A stretch of DNA of 64,000 bases from Octopus vulgaris. Taxonomy: Eukaryota. A program made the translations under genes and the position numbers. Positions within the stretch are counted from its first letter, which is position 1, and every line of letters begins with the position of its first letter. Of the stretch, positions 25,959 through 40,586 are shown one piece after another. The DNA is taken from positions 80,166,001 through 80,230,000 of the forward strand of contig OX597824.1 of the NCBI GenBank assembly GCA_951406725.2, read 5' to 3'. The notes beneath the pieces are model-generated. The model searched no databases, was not told where the DNA came from, and worked only from the letters and a program-made list of their open reading frames with translations.

Positions 25959-26538
25959 AATTACTCTGTATAATTTGACATCCCTTCTTGCTCAATCTGC
26001 TACTATGTATGACGAAAGTGAAATCATCTCGACATGTTACAGGGAAACTATATATAAATATGGATGTGTATTCAAATTACTAAAAGTTAGTCACCAACGT
26101 TCCCTTAAAAGACACCCTAACGTTAAATATCTTAAAAGAGATTTCTGAGAAACATGGCAGCCTAATAAAGCAAAAATGTGGAATGATTGCGGTTATAAGT
26201 CTTTTGATCATAGGTCAGGTCAAACAGTGCCAACTTGAGTGTAAAAAGTATTCATTAAATTACTGCTGAGTCAATGGTGGAAGCCATTATGTGGTTGTTT
26301 GCTTTGCTAGAAATACTATCCAAATTTCCTCATGATAGTCTACTACCGTAATTTTCCGCCAGTCAGTAATTTATGAGATGCACGTCAGATATTGTATTCC
26401 TATATACACTATGGCTCGAAGTGGGCCAGATTGCCATGTCTAGGATGCCTTTTGTCAAACATCGTCTTGCTGGGGTTAAATAACAACTAAACTAACAAAA
26501 ACAACCATAAACAGTAACATCAGCAGCAACAGCAGAGA

Positions 26539-26722
26539 AGGCGCAATGGCCCAGTGGTTAGGGCAGCGGACTCGCGGTCGTAAGAACGCGATTTCGATTC
26601 CCAGACCGGGCATTGTGAGTGTTTATTGAGCAAAAACACCTAAGCTTCACGAGGCTCCGACGGGGGTTGGGGTGGTGAACCCCGCTGTACTCTTTCACCA
26701 CAACTTTCTCTCACTCTATCTT
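26539..26722 (+). mobile_element. SINE family C, 5' half
   Basis: GGCGCAATGGCCCAGTGGTTAGGGCAGCGGACTCGCGGTCG matches the reverse complement of 2990-3174. Confidence 0.88.
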
Positions 26723-28617
26723 CCTACTTCTACCACAAAGCAGAGGAACCACGGTGTAACCCACTATGCGGTGGTAAAACTTTCAGACCCTAGTCTCGAT
26801 TGCGAATCCTCTGTACCCCAGGATGGTTCGGCTCTCCACCCGTTAAAAGCCACCGTTTACGGAATGAGGATAACAACGTAGCTTTCGCGCCCGTGCAACC
26901 GCCAGTCTATCGCGTGTGATGGGTGGATCTTCAAGTTGCTGCACGCATTCTTAGCAGCTTAGAGTAGGCTCGAATTTGAGATAATTCTTTGTGGCTAATG
27001 GTGTTAGTCCTGACTGGAAGAAGAAGAAGAAGAAGAAGAAGAAGAAGAAGAAGAAGAAGAAGCAATATCGAAGAATATATCTGACGACAGGGTATACATA
27101 CAAAAGAAAACAAAAACACCTCAATAATTTTTATATTGTATTTTATCTTAATACTGATTGTTCTATTTTGGGTAACACTGCATTAGTTGTTGGTGAATTC
27201 CCCCAATACGTGACTGGTACTAATTTTATCCAGCTAAGACGAATGAAGGGCAAAACTCGATCACAACGAGTTTGAACTCCTAATGACTAAATGACTAAAT
27301 ACAGCAACGAATTTTGTCCAGCACGCTACCATATCTGCCATTCCGCCGGGCTCTGGGCTGATAAATATTTTATTATTCACCATGAAAAGTGATTCTCTCT
27401 CTCTGTCTCTGTCTCTGTTGGTCTGTCTGTCTGTCTGTCTCTCTCTCTGCCTCTTCGTGAGGTGTAATCAATCAGGCAAATAACAAACTCTCGGATCAGC
27501 ATACAAAACAATCAGCTTAGTTTCCAAGCTAATCAATCATAAAATCGTTGAGCCAACCTGCCACACAGACAAACAGACCGACGGACCGACGGACAAACAA
27601 CCAGTAAGCTTACTTCGTTTGTTGGTTAACCAACCAAATAATCGCATGAAAAGTTTTAGCCTCTCAAACATATCAACAGTACATTTTTCACATCACACTT
27701 TTCTATTAACCAAAAAGGTATTAATCGTGAGACACTGCTTCCTTTATTGTTTGCTAAGCTTCTTTGTTCGTTTATTATCATCATCTATCACTCATTCAGC
27801 GAAGAATAATGTTTGACTTGTCCATTTCAATTGTCCGATTCAATTATTCTATGACGTGTTTGATTTGTTCGTATGAGTTTAAGTTTCGTTATGATTTTTC
27901 CTCTTTTTTTTTAAGTAAATATATTTGAAGGAGATCGCTGTTGATGAATTCAACAGATTTTTTCCTTTGTATGTATGAGCATTAGAGAGTTCCTTTCTAT
28001 GCTATCGTAAGATGTCATCTCCTAGTTGTTGTTGCTGTTGTTGTTTTCATTGTTGTTGTTGCTGCTGGTCTTGCTATGCTGCTGCTGCCATTCTTGCTGT
28101 TGCTCTGCTGCTGCTGTTGTTGCTTAAACTCAGTTTGGATCTGATCGAACAAGCCTATGATTGAAGGCGTTCCTTCTATTTACATATACTCATAGATAAG
28201 CAGAAAATATTTATATATTCACTTACAGAATATCTAGTTGCATGCTAGCCAATGTGTTGCTCCATTTTATTAAGGAAATACAATGTAGTTTGTGAGAGAT
28301 TTAGCTGAAATTTCTATCAGCTCCCGTCGCTAGTTCAGCTTTTCCTAGTTATCTTAAATGTATATGTCTTCATTAAATTATAAGTTGTGTCGTATATTTT
28401 GTAGTACCGTCAAAAAAGCTCAACAGTACTTGAACTCTGAGATTTAGTTCACCATAAACATTATTTTTCAAACCGGTTAGCTTCACTTCCTACATAATAA
28501 TTGCTCCAGCGTCATTGCATGTTAAAAAAAAAAAAAACGCCGAGTCAACGAGATAATCTTTAGGGGATAGCTCGACCAGCTATAACCATCCACAACTATC
28601 ACACTACTAATTTAACC

Positions 28618-28760
28618 ATACAAAACGGGGCTGCAAAATTCCTGGCATTGAGTAAAAGAAAATACAGGAGGGTCTGTTAATTATGATTTTATCCAACATA
28701 TTCCACTCTCAGATTCACACACTTATTGCAGCGGTCCTTTGTTTCCCTAAGTCCTGTGAA
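28618..28760 (-). mobile_element. Mariner 3' remnant
   Basis: Minus strand translates DRCNKCVNLRVEYVG, resembling the mariner C-terminal RW.KC....G.YVE motif, followed by a TIR-like end. Confidence 0.6.
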
Positions 28761-28789
28761 AAAACACGGGAAGTTAAACCCCCAGCCAT

Positions 28790-28925
28790 TTCATTCATTT
28801 CTACAGCTGAGTAAACTGAAGCAACGTGAAATAAAGTGTCTTGCTCAAGAACACAATACGCAGCCCGGTCCTGGAATCGAACTCACAATCTCCACACTCT
28901 AATCACTGAGCCATGCGCCTTCACT
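28790..28925 (-). mobile_element. SINE family D head
   Basis: Matches 16420-16560. Confidence 0.75.
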
Positions 28926-29545
28926 ATTAACTTTTTTACTCTAGGCACAAGGTCCGAAATTTTTAGGGAGTGGGCCAGTCGATTAGATTGACTCCAGTAC
29001 GCAACTGGTACTTAATTTATCGACCCTAAAAGGATGAAAGGTAGCCTTGTGGAGCATCCACAATCTTATTTTATTTTTTGTAAAATTGAAAGACGTTTCC
29101 ATGTCTTGTTATTATTGACATCTTTACTCCAGGATACATTCGAAAGCTAAAAGGAAATGAATTCTTGAGGAAAGAAAAGATTTTGTTTCTATTATAGATA
29201 CAAAAGAAGAAAATTGTAGTAGGACGGGTAGTCTGGTGGATCATCACCTAAGTACTGATATCTTAAATGGAATGAAACTCAAATTCGATCTTGTTAATAT
29301 TTGAACACAGAACGTAAAGAGACGTAACTAAATACCACAAAGCATTTTGTCTAATATTCTTGCGATTCTGCCAGACTATTACTCTCATAATTATCTACCC
29401 GCTCCTCGAAAAAAAAATCTGTGAGGACAAACAATCGATTACATCATACTTTATACTTGCTGATAGTTCATGAAAAAACCAAGTTGACTCTTATGGGATC
29501 TGAATTGATTACTTAATAATCGTAACTAAATACTTCAAGATATAT

Positions 29546-29777
29546 TTATTTCTTTATTGCCCACAAGAAGTTAAACATAAAGGGGACAAACAAGGACAGA
29601 CAGAGGGATTAAGTCGATTACATCGACCCCAGTTCGTAACTGGTCTTATTTAATCGACCCAGAAAGGATGAAAGGCAAAGTGGACCTCGGCGGAAAGTGA
29701 ACTCAGAACGTAAAGGCAGATGAAATACTGCTAAGCATTTCGCCCGGCGTTTTAACGATTCTGCCAGCTCACCGTCC
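29546..29777 (-). mobile_element. SINE family B
   Basis: Reverse complement of 3388-3620. Confidence 0.88.
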
Positions 29778-30119
29778 TATTCTCCAATATATATTTCAGT
29801 CTCTCTAACGCTAATGATGATCCACCACCCTCAAAAGAAATGATAATGTTAGTAACTAATATTCAGTTTTTCCAGGTAAGTCAACAGGGGGAAATCGACC
29901 GGACGAGTTTCTGTTTTCTCTGGCTATCGTCAGTAAATTTCCGATGAATAGATTGTTTGGTATATGTTCGAGGATGTGCTTTTCTTGTCGAAATAATGTG
30001 GAATTAATTAGAAATCAAATAATTCAGATAGAGATTTCATTTACATAAAAACATTAGTTAAGTTAGTAATAACATATTTATTGAGGAACATTAAAAGAAA
30101 AAGCAAACCTCACCAGAAA

Positions 30120-30345
30120 TAAATATGCTAAAAGAGAAAAAAATGTATTAGTCGCCATGATAGATCGTTAGCCACTACACGCATTTTTCTCTCCTTGTTT
30201 TTTCTGTGTTCCTTTCTGTAGAAGAACGTAGGCTCGAAACGTAAAAGACATTTTCTATTCCTGAGCGTTATACTAATACATCTGTTTGTTTTGTACACCA
30301 CCTGTCTTCGTCTTTTGTTGCTTTTTTCGTAAACTCTCCCTATAT
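30120..30345 (+). mobile_element. Penelope-like pLTR fragment with a hammerhead variant
   Basis: Same family as 38497-38646 (inverted); ends in (TA)n. Confidence 0.6.
30212..30247 (+). ncRNA. Minimal hammerhead variant (CUGUAGA core)
   Basis: CUUU-CUGUAGA-A-GAAC(GUAG)GCUC-GAAAC-GUA-AAAG. Confidence 0.6.
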
Positions 30346-31059
30346 GTGTATATATATTTATATATATATATATATATATATAGCTATGGGAGATAAATCC
30401 AGACAAATTTAAGTATTGTTCTGACTTTCTCAATGAGTACTTCATAAAAACAGAGATCAAGAATTAACTGAATAAATATATAATATACAAGACAAAAAAG
30501 TTAATTATTTCGTCGCCCTACACTTCAAGGACCGGTAGTTGTATTTGAGCACCTCAGACAAGACTGGATTAACACAGTACCCTCCTTTGCCTCATGGGTA
30601 TCTATTTGTGTTCAGACTGGAAATTAAGCCGTGCTATAATTATGATGTTTTGTTGTAAGTCTAATGCCATGGTACGGAATTTCAAAAACTGGGTTCATGC
30701 ATTATAAATTCGATTTAGATAGACAACAGCCGTTGCTTTAAAACACACTCACACAAACTCGCATACATGAATATTAGCACACAAACATGAACACACGTAG
30801 TACTACTTTAAAATATATCCTTGCGTTCTGGGGTGTATTAAAAGTTATAAATAAAGGCAGATGTTTGGGGGAGAGGCTGACGCTCCTCATTAGTAGAAGT
30901 GCCTACGAATTTATTGCTTTGTAAAGCTGATATGATTTGCGAAACCCTATACACACACACACATGTACATGTGTATATATAATATATATATACATACATA
31001 CATACATACATACATACATACATACATACATACATACATACATACATACATACATACAT

Positions 31060-31094
<35 letters not shown>

Positions 31095-31228
31095 CACACA
31101 CACACACACAAACACACACATACACACACACATACATACACACACACACATATACATATATATGTATATTTGCGTGTATGTATATTTATGCAATTTTGTA
31201 TATATATATATATATATATATACTTATA

Positions 31229-31303
<75 letters not shown>

Positions 31304-31363
31304 ATATATAAGCACATATCCACGCAAACGGATTAACAAATGTATGTGTGTGTATTTGCCTAC

Positions 31364-31400
<37 letters not shown>

Positions 31401-31758
31401 AGTGTATTAGTAGTTAACAAAAAAAAAACATACACAGAGAATATTTACAAAAAATATATATAAACAATGTGTACAAACGAAATAAGAAATTATGAAAGCA
31501 AAGTGGATGCTTTTTTATTTTTATTATTTTTTCAAAACCATTTTATTTGATAGCAGAACTGAGAATAAAATAAGAATTGAACAAAATAAAAACAAACATC
31601 AACAATATTAGAGCGAAAAACATGCATAAAAAAAAACTCAACATCAGCAATGAGTATACAAACACACATATGCATGCCTACGTATATACATAAGTATGTA
31701 TATATGTAGGTGTATATTTGTGTGTATACCCGTGCATGTATACGCACACATATATGTA

Positions 31759-31820
<62 letters not shown>

Positions 31821-31870
31821 TACATATATATATATGTGTGTGTGTGTATATATGTATATATATCTATATG

Positions 31871-32000
<130 letters not shown>

Positions 32001-32223
32001 CATATACATGATAGTTAAAAGCATTTACATAAACATACAGACTCACACATAAATCACCCGAATCTAACCATCAATGAACCCAACCACAGTTATTAGAAAG
32101 CAACAACAAAAACGACAGTAGTATCAACAACAATAAAGGCTATAGCTGCAGCAACAGTAAAAACTATAACAAGACCAATAATAATATTAATAACAGCAAT
32201 AGTAATAAAAAAAAAAAAAAAAA

Positions 32224-32270
<47 letters not shown>

Positions 32271-32800
32271 TAATAATAATAATAAGGATTGATTTAATAA
32301 GAACACGAATGGGAAAGGTTTAGAAGAAAGAAAAATAGAGACGAAACAATCTGAAACTGAATTAATGCGAAACTAAACTATACCGTAGAGGGCCCACAAA
32401 AAAAAAAGAAAAAAATATAATAAAAGAAACAAATGAAGGATGTAGAAAACAAAAATGTCCAAAGCAATGATTGATAAAATCCTTGGATAATTTGACAGAA
32501 GTTCGAATTTACTCTTGCAAGGCTTAAGAGATTTACATAAAAGAGATAAGAAGTGACAGCAAGCGATGCACTTAAAAATGGTTGCTACGTGGCAAATTTG
32601 TTCTTTGCGTACGAGTATATATATATATATTTTTTTGAGGTGGTGGTAATGGTGGCTGGCGGGAAGAAGGAGAGATCTGTCGTCTGCTTTGTACAATATT
32701 ATATAGAGCTCCGGTTTTTTTTTTTCTGGCATTCTGTGACTTATGCGTAGTTGCGTATGTGTGTGTGTGTGTATCTGTATATGATTCTGTGATTGTGTAT

Positions 32801-32837
<37 letters not shown>

Positions 32838-32983
32838 CTGAGATTGACAGGAAGATAAGTATGACCGTAAATTTGTTGGGATATTATAAGCTTACGCGCT
32901 GGTCTTCAACAATATTACGTATACATATATACATAAATACGCCCAAAAATCACACACGCATCCCACATACATACAAAAGGATA

Positions 32984-33027
<44 letters not shown>

Positions 33028-33175
33028 CATATATATACATATATACATATATATACATATATACATATGCACACATATATATACATGTACACATATGCAG
33101 ACATTATATACATGTACATATAAATATATGTACATGTATATATATGCATATATATATACATATATAGATAGATAG

Positions 33176-33218
<43 letters not shown>

Positions 33219-33455
33219 CATACATATATATAACGCATGCGACTTCCTATTTCTCTATCTATATAATTACATAAACACAAACACATGCATATATATGCAT
33301 GCTTAGATATAGGTATGTATATATGCATATATATATATGTATATGTATACGTATGTATGTATGTGTGTATATATAATATGTATATATATTTGTGTATATG
33401 CATGTATAAATATATTTACATATATACACATATATATATTTATACATATATAAAG

Positions 33456-33486
<31 letters not shown>

Positions 33487-33500
33487 TAAGTATATACATA

Positions 33501-33547
<47 letters not shown>

Positions 33548-33884
33548 GGATATATATATATTTGCATAAATACACACACACACACACACACACATATCTA
33601 TATATAAGTGTATACATACACGCATATACATGCATCTATGCTCGTTTTCAAGCTGATTTCTTTATGCAGATACACATGTACCCGTACATCTTTTGTCTGC
33701 GTTTACAAACAACACACGTACAAATGATAAGAAGACCAGATGCGGGTATACATACAAACCTGAATATATGCATAAAATATTCAAACGCGCCGCACAACCA
33801 CCCAGACTTAACACCAATCCACATCTCTAAACTCACAAACCCGCATACATGCACATCCATATATATATATATATACATATATAC

Positions 33885-34113
<229 letters not shown>

Positions 34114-34384
34114 TATATGCGTGCGCGTATAAATATAAATATATAAATATATATATATTTATATGTGTTTTGTGTGTGCGTGTGCGTGTGTGTGTGTGGA
34201 TATATATATATATGTGTGTTTGTGTATGTGTGTGAGAGAGTGTGTGTATATGATCATTTCTTTTTATCTTGCCTCCTCAACACATCTACATGTTATTTTG
34301 TTCGAAATAATATTTTTCATTATTTTCCCCACCAACTTTTTATGAATCTCTGTGTTATTCTTCACACATTTTTAAACATTCGGA

Positions 34385-34745
34385 TCTTCTTCTTCTTCTT
34401 CTTCTTCTTCTTCTTCTTCTTCTTCTTCTTCTTCTTCTTCTTCTTCTTCTTCTTCTTCTTCTTCTTCTTCTTCTTCTACTCCTCATCCTTCTTCTCCCTC
34501 TTCTTCTTCTTCTTCTTCTTCTTCTTCTTCTTCTTCTTCTTCTCCCTCTTCTTCTCCTTCTTCTACTCCTCCTCATCCTTCTTCTCCTTCTTCTCCCTCT
34601 TCTTCTTCTTCTTCTTCTTCTTCTTCTTCTTCTTCTTCTTCTTTTCTTCTTCCTTTTCTTCTTCTTCTTCTTCTTCTTCTTTCTCTTCTCCTTCTTCTGC
34701 TTCTCCCTCTTCTTCTTCTTCTTCTTCTTCTTCTTCTTTTTCTTC

Positions 34746-34777
<32 letters not shown>

Positions 34778-34860
34778 CTTCTTCTTCTTCTTTCTTCTTC
34801 TTCTTCTTCTTCTTCTTCTTCTTCTTCTTCTTCTTCTTCTTCTTCTTCTTCTTCTTCTCT
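34385..34860. repeat. (CTT)n-based polypyrimidine tract
   Basis: Direct inspection. Confidence 0.95.
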
Positions 34861-35564
34861 TTTCGAGTTTTAAAAGATACATCAAAAATTTTTTTTTTCT
34901 TTCCTCGTGCTTTCCTACATCAAAAACAATTAAGAACATTCTGTAAGACATGCATACAAATTTCCCGATCTTAACAAAATGGTGGAGTGAGAAAGCTCTG
35001 GCGTGCAACGTTTACACATCTCTAATCTTATATTGTTACTTTCTGAAACGTGCCTGCTTCATAAGGTTACCTATCGCTGCCTTTACAAAAGTGGGCACGC
35101 GCGCTTGTATCTGCGTGTATTTGTGTGTATCTCTTTGTCTTTGCGTATGCATCCTTCTAGTTGTACCAAATTAGAAATAGGATGATGGACACATTAATTA
35201 CATCCCTTATTGTCTTTATTTAATAGTTTAAGTCTTTGTGATTTCTATGATTGTCATTCCAGCTCAACAAACGCTTCTGTAAAACATTATCGTTATTCAG
35301 CATTGCTATGTCAATTATTAAAAGACTATTGTGCTTATTGTCATTGAAAGTGATGTCAGGTTTAATCTGTGTTATCTGGTAGTCCGCAAGCATTTAAAAA
35401 GTTCCATGGGGTCTTTACAACGTTATTAATCAGAGACAAATATACGCTCATACGAATACCACAAAAAGTTTCATTAGAGAAGTTCAAACATTTTCGCTTC
35501 GGGTATATTGAGCAGTTTGATTAAAGTGTTATTGCTTTTGTTAATGTTTGGATTATTAATGTCT

Positions 35565-35755
35565 AGTATACTTAGCATGCCAGGCAAAATACTGAGCGGA
35601 AATTTCGTCTGTCTTTGCGTTCTGAGTTCGAATTCCGCCGAGGTCAACTTTGCCGTAGATCCTTTTAGTATCGATGAAATAAGTACAAGTCATGAACTGG
35701 AGTCGATGTAACCCCCCTGAGCTTGATGGTCGTGTGTCATAATTTGAAACCAATA
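35565..35755 (+). mobile_element. SINE family B, degraded
   Basis: GAGTTCGAATTCCGCCGAGGTCAACTTTGCC. Confidence 0.75.
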
Positions 35756-36396
35756 TGTAATATACTTGGTCACACTATAATTTTTACGAACATTATTCGG
35801 AATTGACTAATATCAGCGAATTTATATATGTAGTTCATTTATAGTTAAACAGTATCAATGTTATTGATAACGTAATTATTGCTAATAAATGAATTCTATT
35901 TTAATTTGATAAATATTATTTTGAAAATTAATACTAATATACTGTATAAGCACCATGAAATTTGCAAAAGAAAAACAAATTAAGTAAAATTATAATAATC
36001 GAATTTATATAACGTACAATGATTTATTACCCACAGTTGGTAAAAATATACTCTCAGCACTAAAATACTGCCATAAGATGGGTAAAATTCAAATTATTTT
36101 ACATCATTGATTTGAAGATGAGCGTCGTGACTGTTATATTTTTTTCTCTTCTTTCACCACATTTGGTAAATAGATTCTCTGATGTTGGCTGCAGGGTTTA
36201 ATTCAACAGTGAAAAGGTTTTGATAACCCTTAAGTATTTCAAGTTTTGGTTCATTTATTTCGTACATGTTTCGTTTTATAATTGTTTGATTAAGCAGCAG
36301 ATTGTGAGTTTTCTGCGCTTCGTTAGGTTTTTCTTTTTCTACCGTATTAACTCTCACTGGGAGTGATTTCCTGGTTGAATTTGTTTATATACATAT

Positions 36397-36454
<58 letters not shown>

Positions 36455-37060
36455 TTATATATATCGTGATTACATAGATTCGGGAAATCGTGTTATTTTA
36501 TTTGTTTTAAACATTACAGTGAAGGCCATGCTGTAACAGAGCCGAGAGGTAAAGAAAAAAAGTATATATATTTAACTACAGTTAACTTTTCCTAGGGCTT
36601 CATAAATGTTCAGAATTTCTCAAGCTGATTAATTTTGTCAAGAAAAATATTTCTTTTTCTATCTGAACAAGAGATCATGGTAGCGATAAATGAATGCAGA
36701 TGGACAAACAATACATTGCAACGAAAATTTGCCTTCCGCTACTGTTATGTAGCTTCGTCTTAACATTTCAAATAATAATTTTCATTAAATAAAACCAGCG
36801 ACATTACTTCCGCTATTTAAAAAGTTTTTCACAGCGGCACGTGACTAGAATATATCTGCCTCGTGGTATTTAGTGACGTTACTTCACATCTGAGTTCAAA
36901 TCTAGCGGAAGTTGACTTAGCTTTTTATCCACCAAGGGTCAATAAAATATATGTATTGAAGTCAATATTATTGACTACAACACCTCCATCAGAATATATG
37001 ACATTTTGCGTACCTATATTAGAAATAATAATAATACTAATAATAATAATAGTAGTAGTA

Positions 37061-37139
<79 letters not shown>

Positions 37140-37174
37140 TGATGATGATGATAATAATAATAATAATAATAATG

Positions 37175-37258
<84 letters not shown>

Positions 37259-37372
37259 TTAATAAAAATAATAATGATAATAATATTTTACCCCAGCGTC
37301 ACTTTCATGGCATGCACTGCTCTCTCACTCAATGATGATAATAATAATGATAATGATGATGATCATGTTCTA

Positions 37373-37786
37373 TACTGATTGGAAGTGACGAAAAGTACAT
37401 GTTTTGTCTTGGTATAAAGATGGGTTACAACAAATATTCTGCTCAATAACACAGATTTGCTTGTCAGTTGTATGACCTTAATCAGTTGAGCATGTGGCTG
37501 ACGATATGTGCATCTCTGATCACGAACAGAAGTAGTGGTCGAGCATCATAGCCATGTGATGAGAGGAATTAATTGGGATTTGAATAATTCACCTCTGGAA
37601 ACAAAGGTGTTTCGTTCAGCATCTTTAAACAACCCTTATTCAAAGACCTTTTGAGCGAAATGGGCTACTCGACCTGAAGAAAATTCTAACTGCAAGGTCA
37701 TGCGCTCTTTACCTTGATATGAGATCACCATGTTGCGCATATATGGTTGTAATGCATTGCCTGGTGTACCCTTATCAGACGGGTGG

Positions 37787-37787
<1 letters not shown>
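37373..37787 (+). mobile_element. TAA-associated non-coding element, 3' end lost at (TA)n
   Basis: Collinear with 863-1250; preceded by a 45-nt 3' fragment (37286-37330) inside a long (AAT)n tract. Confidence 0.82.
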
Positions 37788-37830
<43 letters not shown>

Positions 37831-38041
37831 CGCTTGGAATAACCGTCTGAGGGATAAGAATATCCGTTTTTACTACCGGTATGAATTACCTATGTTAAGC
37901 CTGGGAATACATATGCAAGCATACTATGATCATAGGATACAGACAATAAAAAATAAACAGGAGTTTATCAGAAGTCAAATTTAAATTAAGCAGAAAATAG
38001 AGAAAATTCTTTGTTGATCATGAATTTTCAATTTCTGCTTA

Positions 38042-38112
<71 letters not shown>

Positions 38113-38460
38113 TATATATATGTACAACTGAAAATTTTCGGCATCGCTGTGCTATGTGCTCGACTACTCTGGACCTCCAACTACTCATACTTATTTTCCA
38201 ACTCTCTGTGGGCGAAAAAAAGGGGGTTTGCTTGAGCTACTTTCGATCTGAATCAGATTCTCTTGAGAGATCAAGCGCTGAGATTTGCTTGTCGAAAGCG
38301 AGATATGCAATCCACAATTATTTAGAGGTATAAAATATCGTAGTTCCAATAAATCGGTTAATCCGATTTGCATCTTAATTATTGATGCATTTGACAGCGT
38401 GTGCCTCGATACTTTTGAATGTATATGAGAGTATATATCTATAAATAGTAAATGTTAGTG

Positions 38461-38491
<31 letters not shown>

Positions 38492-38585
38492 GTATAGCTG
38501 AGATTTACAGAAAAACAAAAGACGAAGACAGGTGTATAAACAACAAGCAGGTGCATTAATTTGACGCACGGGTAAGTGAGAAAGT

Positions 38586-38621
38586 CTTTTACGTTTCGAG
38601 TTAACGTTCTTCAACAGAAAG
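38586..38621 (-). ncRNA. Minimal hammerhead variant (CUGUUGA core) in a Penelope-like fragment (38497-38646)
   Basis: Minus strand CUUU-CUGUUGA-AGAACGUUAACUC-GAAAC-GUA-AAAG; same family as 30212. Confidence 0.55.
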
Positions 38622-38644
38622 GAGCACGAGAAAATAAATAGAGG

Positions 38645-38679
<35 letters not shown>

Positions 38680-39240
38680 TTTGATTTTGATTTTTCCAGT
38701 TTCAGCTAATGAGCTGTGGCCATGCTGGGACACCGCCAGTTATATATATATATAGCTGTGGCCATGCTGGGACACCGCCATTTATATATATATATATATA
38801 TATATATATCTTTAGTATAAAATTATAGTATAAAATTAATGTGGACAGCTTGGCGCAATATAAACCGTATGAGCAACAAATCATGACTGTATGTGCTTCA
38901 GGCACATATATTGCTAGAAATAGCAGTTAAGTCACTTATAGCTGCGTAAAAGATATGGGAGATAACTGCCGCATCAGCGAAGCAAAGCTAGATCACTCGA
39001 CTGCACAGCTTCATCCAAACGGGTTTGGAAGCAGTGTGCCTCCATCGCTTCCATGGAACAGGTAATTCCTTTTGTTAGTATATAAGTTGTTAGCTTGCTT
39101 CCAAACCACCTGGTTCCTGGTTCAGACTTCCTGCGTGGCACCTTAGGCAAGTGTGTCCTGCTATAGCCACAGTTTGACCAAAGCCTTCTGAGTGCATATA
39201 GTAGAAAAGATTGAAAGAAGCCCATCGCGTATACATATAT

Positions 39241-39682
39241 ATTAAACAAAATGAGATAACAAACCCAAGTTTGTGAGTAGTTTTCAGGAAATTTATAAGG
39301 AAAAACATATAGATATAGTCTTTCATTCTCCTATTTCCCTCTATATTCCCTATCTCCTCCTTTTCCATAATTATTCCTTATTTCAAACTCAAATATTTAC
39401 CTCTACTTAACCATCTGACATCGTCTCTGATGAAGGGATATCCATAACATTCCCGAAACAGCTGTAAGACTATATCTATATCTTTTTCCTTATAAATGTC
39501 CTGAAAGCTAATCACAGCCTTGGCCTCATTTTGTCTAATATATAAGCATACTAATACAAGACCCACATCAAACTCCTCACTCGTATCACTATCAAACCAT
39601 GAATTTAACTACAGTCTGTCCATAGCACATACTTTGTGTTACCTGCCACTCTTTGGGTCTTCTAGATACCAATAACTCTCAT
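39241..39682 (+). mobile_element. Penelope-like non-coding insertion with hammerhead and inverted arm, nested in the spacer of a family A SINE
   Basis: SINE head 39085-39230 and SINE 3' half 39815-40010 flank it; 39241-39322 is the reverse complement of 39466-39541. Confidence 0.7.
39423..39470 (+). ncRNA. Minimal type-I hammerhead ribozyme
   Basis: GUCU-CUGAUGA-A-GGGA(loop)UCCC-GAAAC-AGCU-GUA-AGAC; all core nucleotides present; palindromic stem III ACAGCUGU. Confidence 0.85.
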
Positions 39683-39698
39683 ATGTATAATATATGTA

Positions 39699-39729
<31 letters not shown>

Positions 39730-40070
39730 TGTATGTATGTATGTATGTATGTATGTATGTATGTATGTATGTATGTATGTGTGTATGTATGCGTGTGTGT
39801 GTGTGTGTGTGTGTCTCAACTCCGCTTGATAACCGGTGTTGGTCTGTTTACGTCTTCGTAAATAAGCGGTTCGGCAAGCGAGACCGATAGAATAAGTACT
39901 AGGCTTTAAAAAATGTCATGGGGTAGATTCGTTCGACTAAAACCCTTCAAAGCGGTGCCCCAACATGGCCGCGGTCAAATAAGCGAAACACGTAAAAGAT
40001 AAAAGAAAAGACACATGCATACATACATACATACAAACACACACGCATAAACACACACACACATATATTT

Positions 40071-40121
<51 letters not shown>

Positions 40122-40546
40122 GGTATGTATGTATAAATATGTATACATATGCATACATTCATATTAATTTATGCATTTACAGTTGTATATATATATATGT
40201 ATGTGTGTATATAGTGTATATAGATAGATATAGAGAGAGACCTATATATATATACATACATGGTCATTAAGTAATGCATATCAACCAGTGAATGTATGTG
40301 TGTCCATGTGTTCGTGGGTGCAAATATATACCCGTGCATAGAGTGTAGGTGAAATTGTTAGTGCACGTGTCTTACGATGAAAATGCATCTATGAAAATGT
40401 GCCTTTTTGTTTTTCCTTCAAATTTATTATTACACACACACACACGCACACACAAGGATTAGAGACAGCACACTGCCACCGGAATCATACATCAAGCACC
40501 TTTATATATTCCTATATAAAGAAAAAAATTCATGAGCACACGATTG

Positions 40547-40586
<40 letters not shown>

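Noticed and set aside
29901-29940. Minus-strand CUGACGA...GAAACUCGUC hammerhead-like string
   Set aside because: Neither stem I nor stem II can pair.
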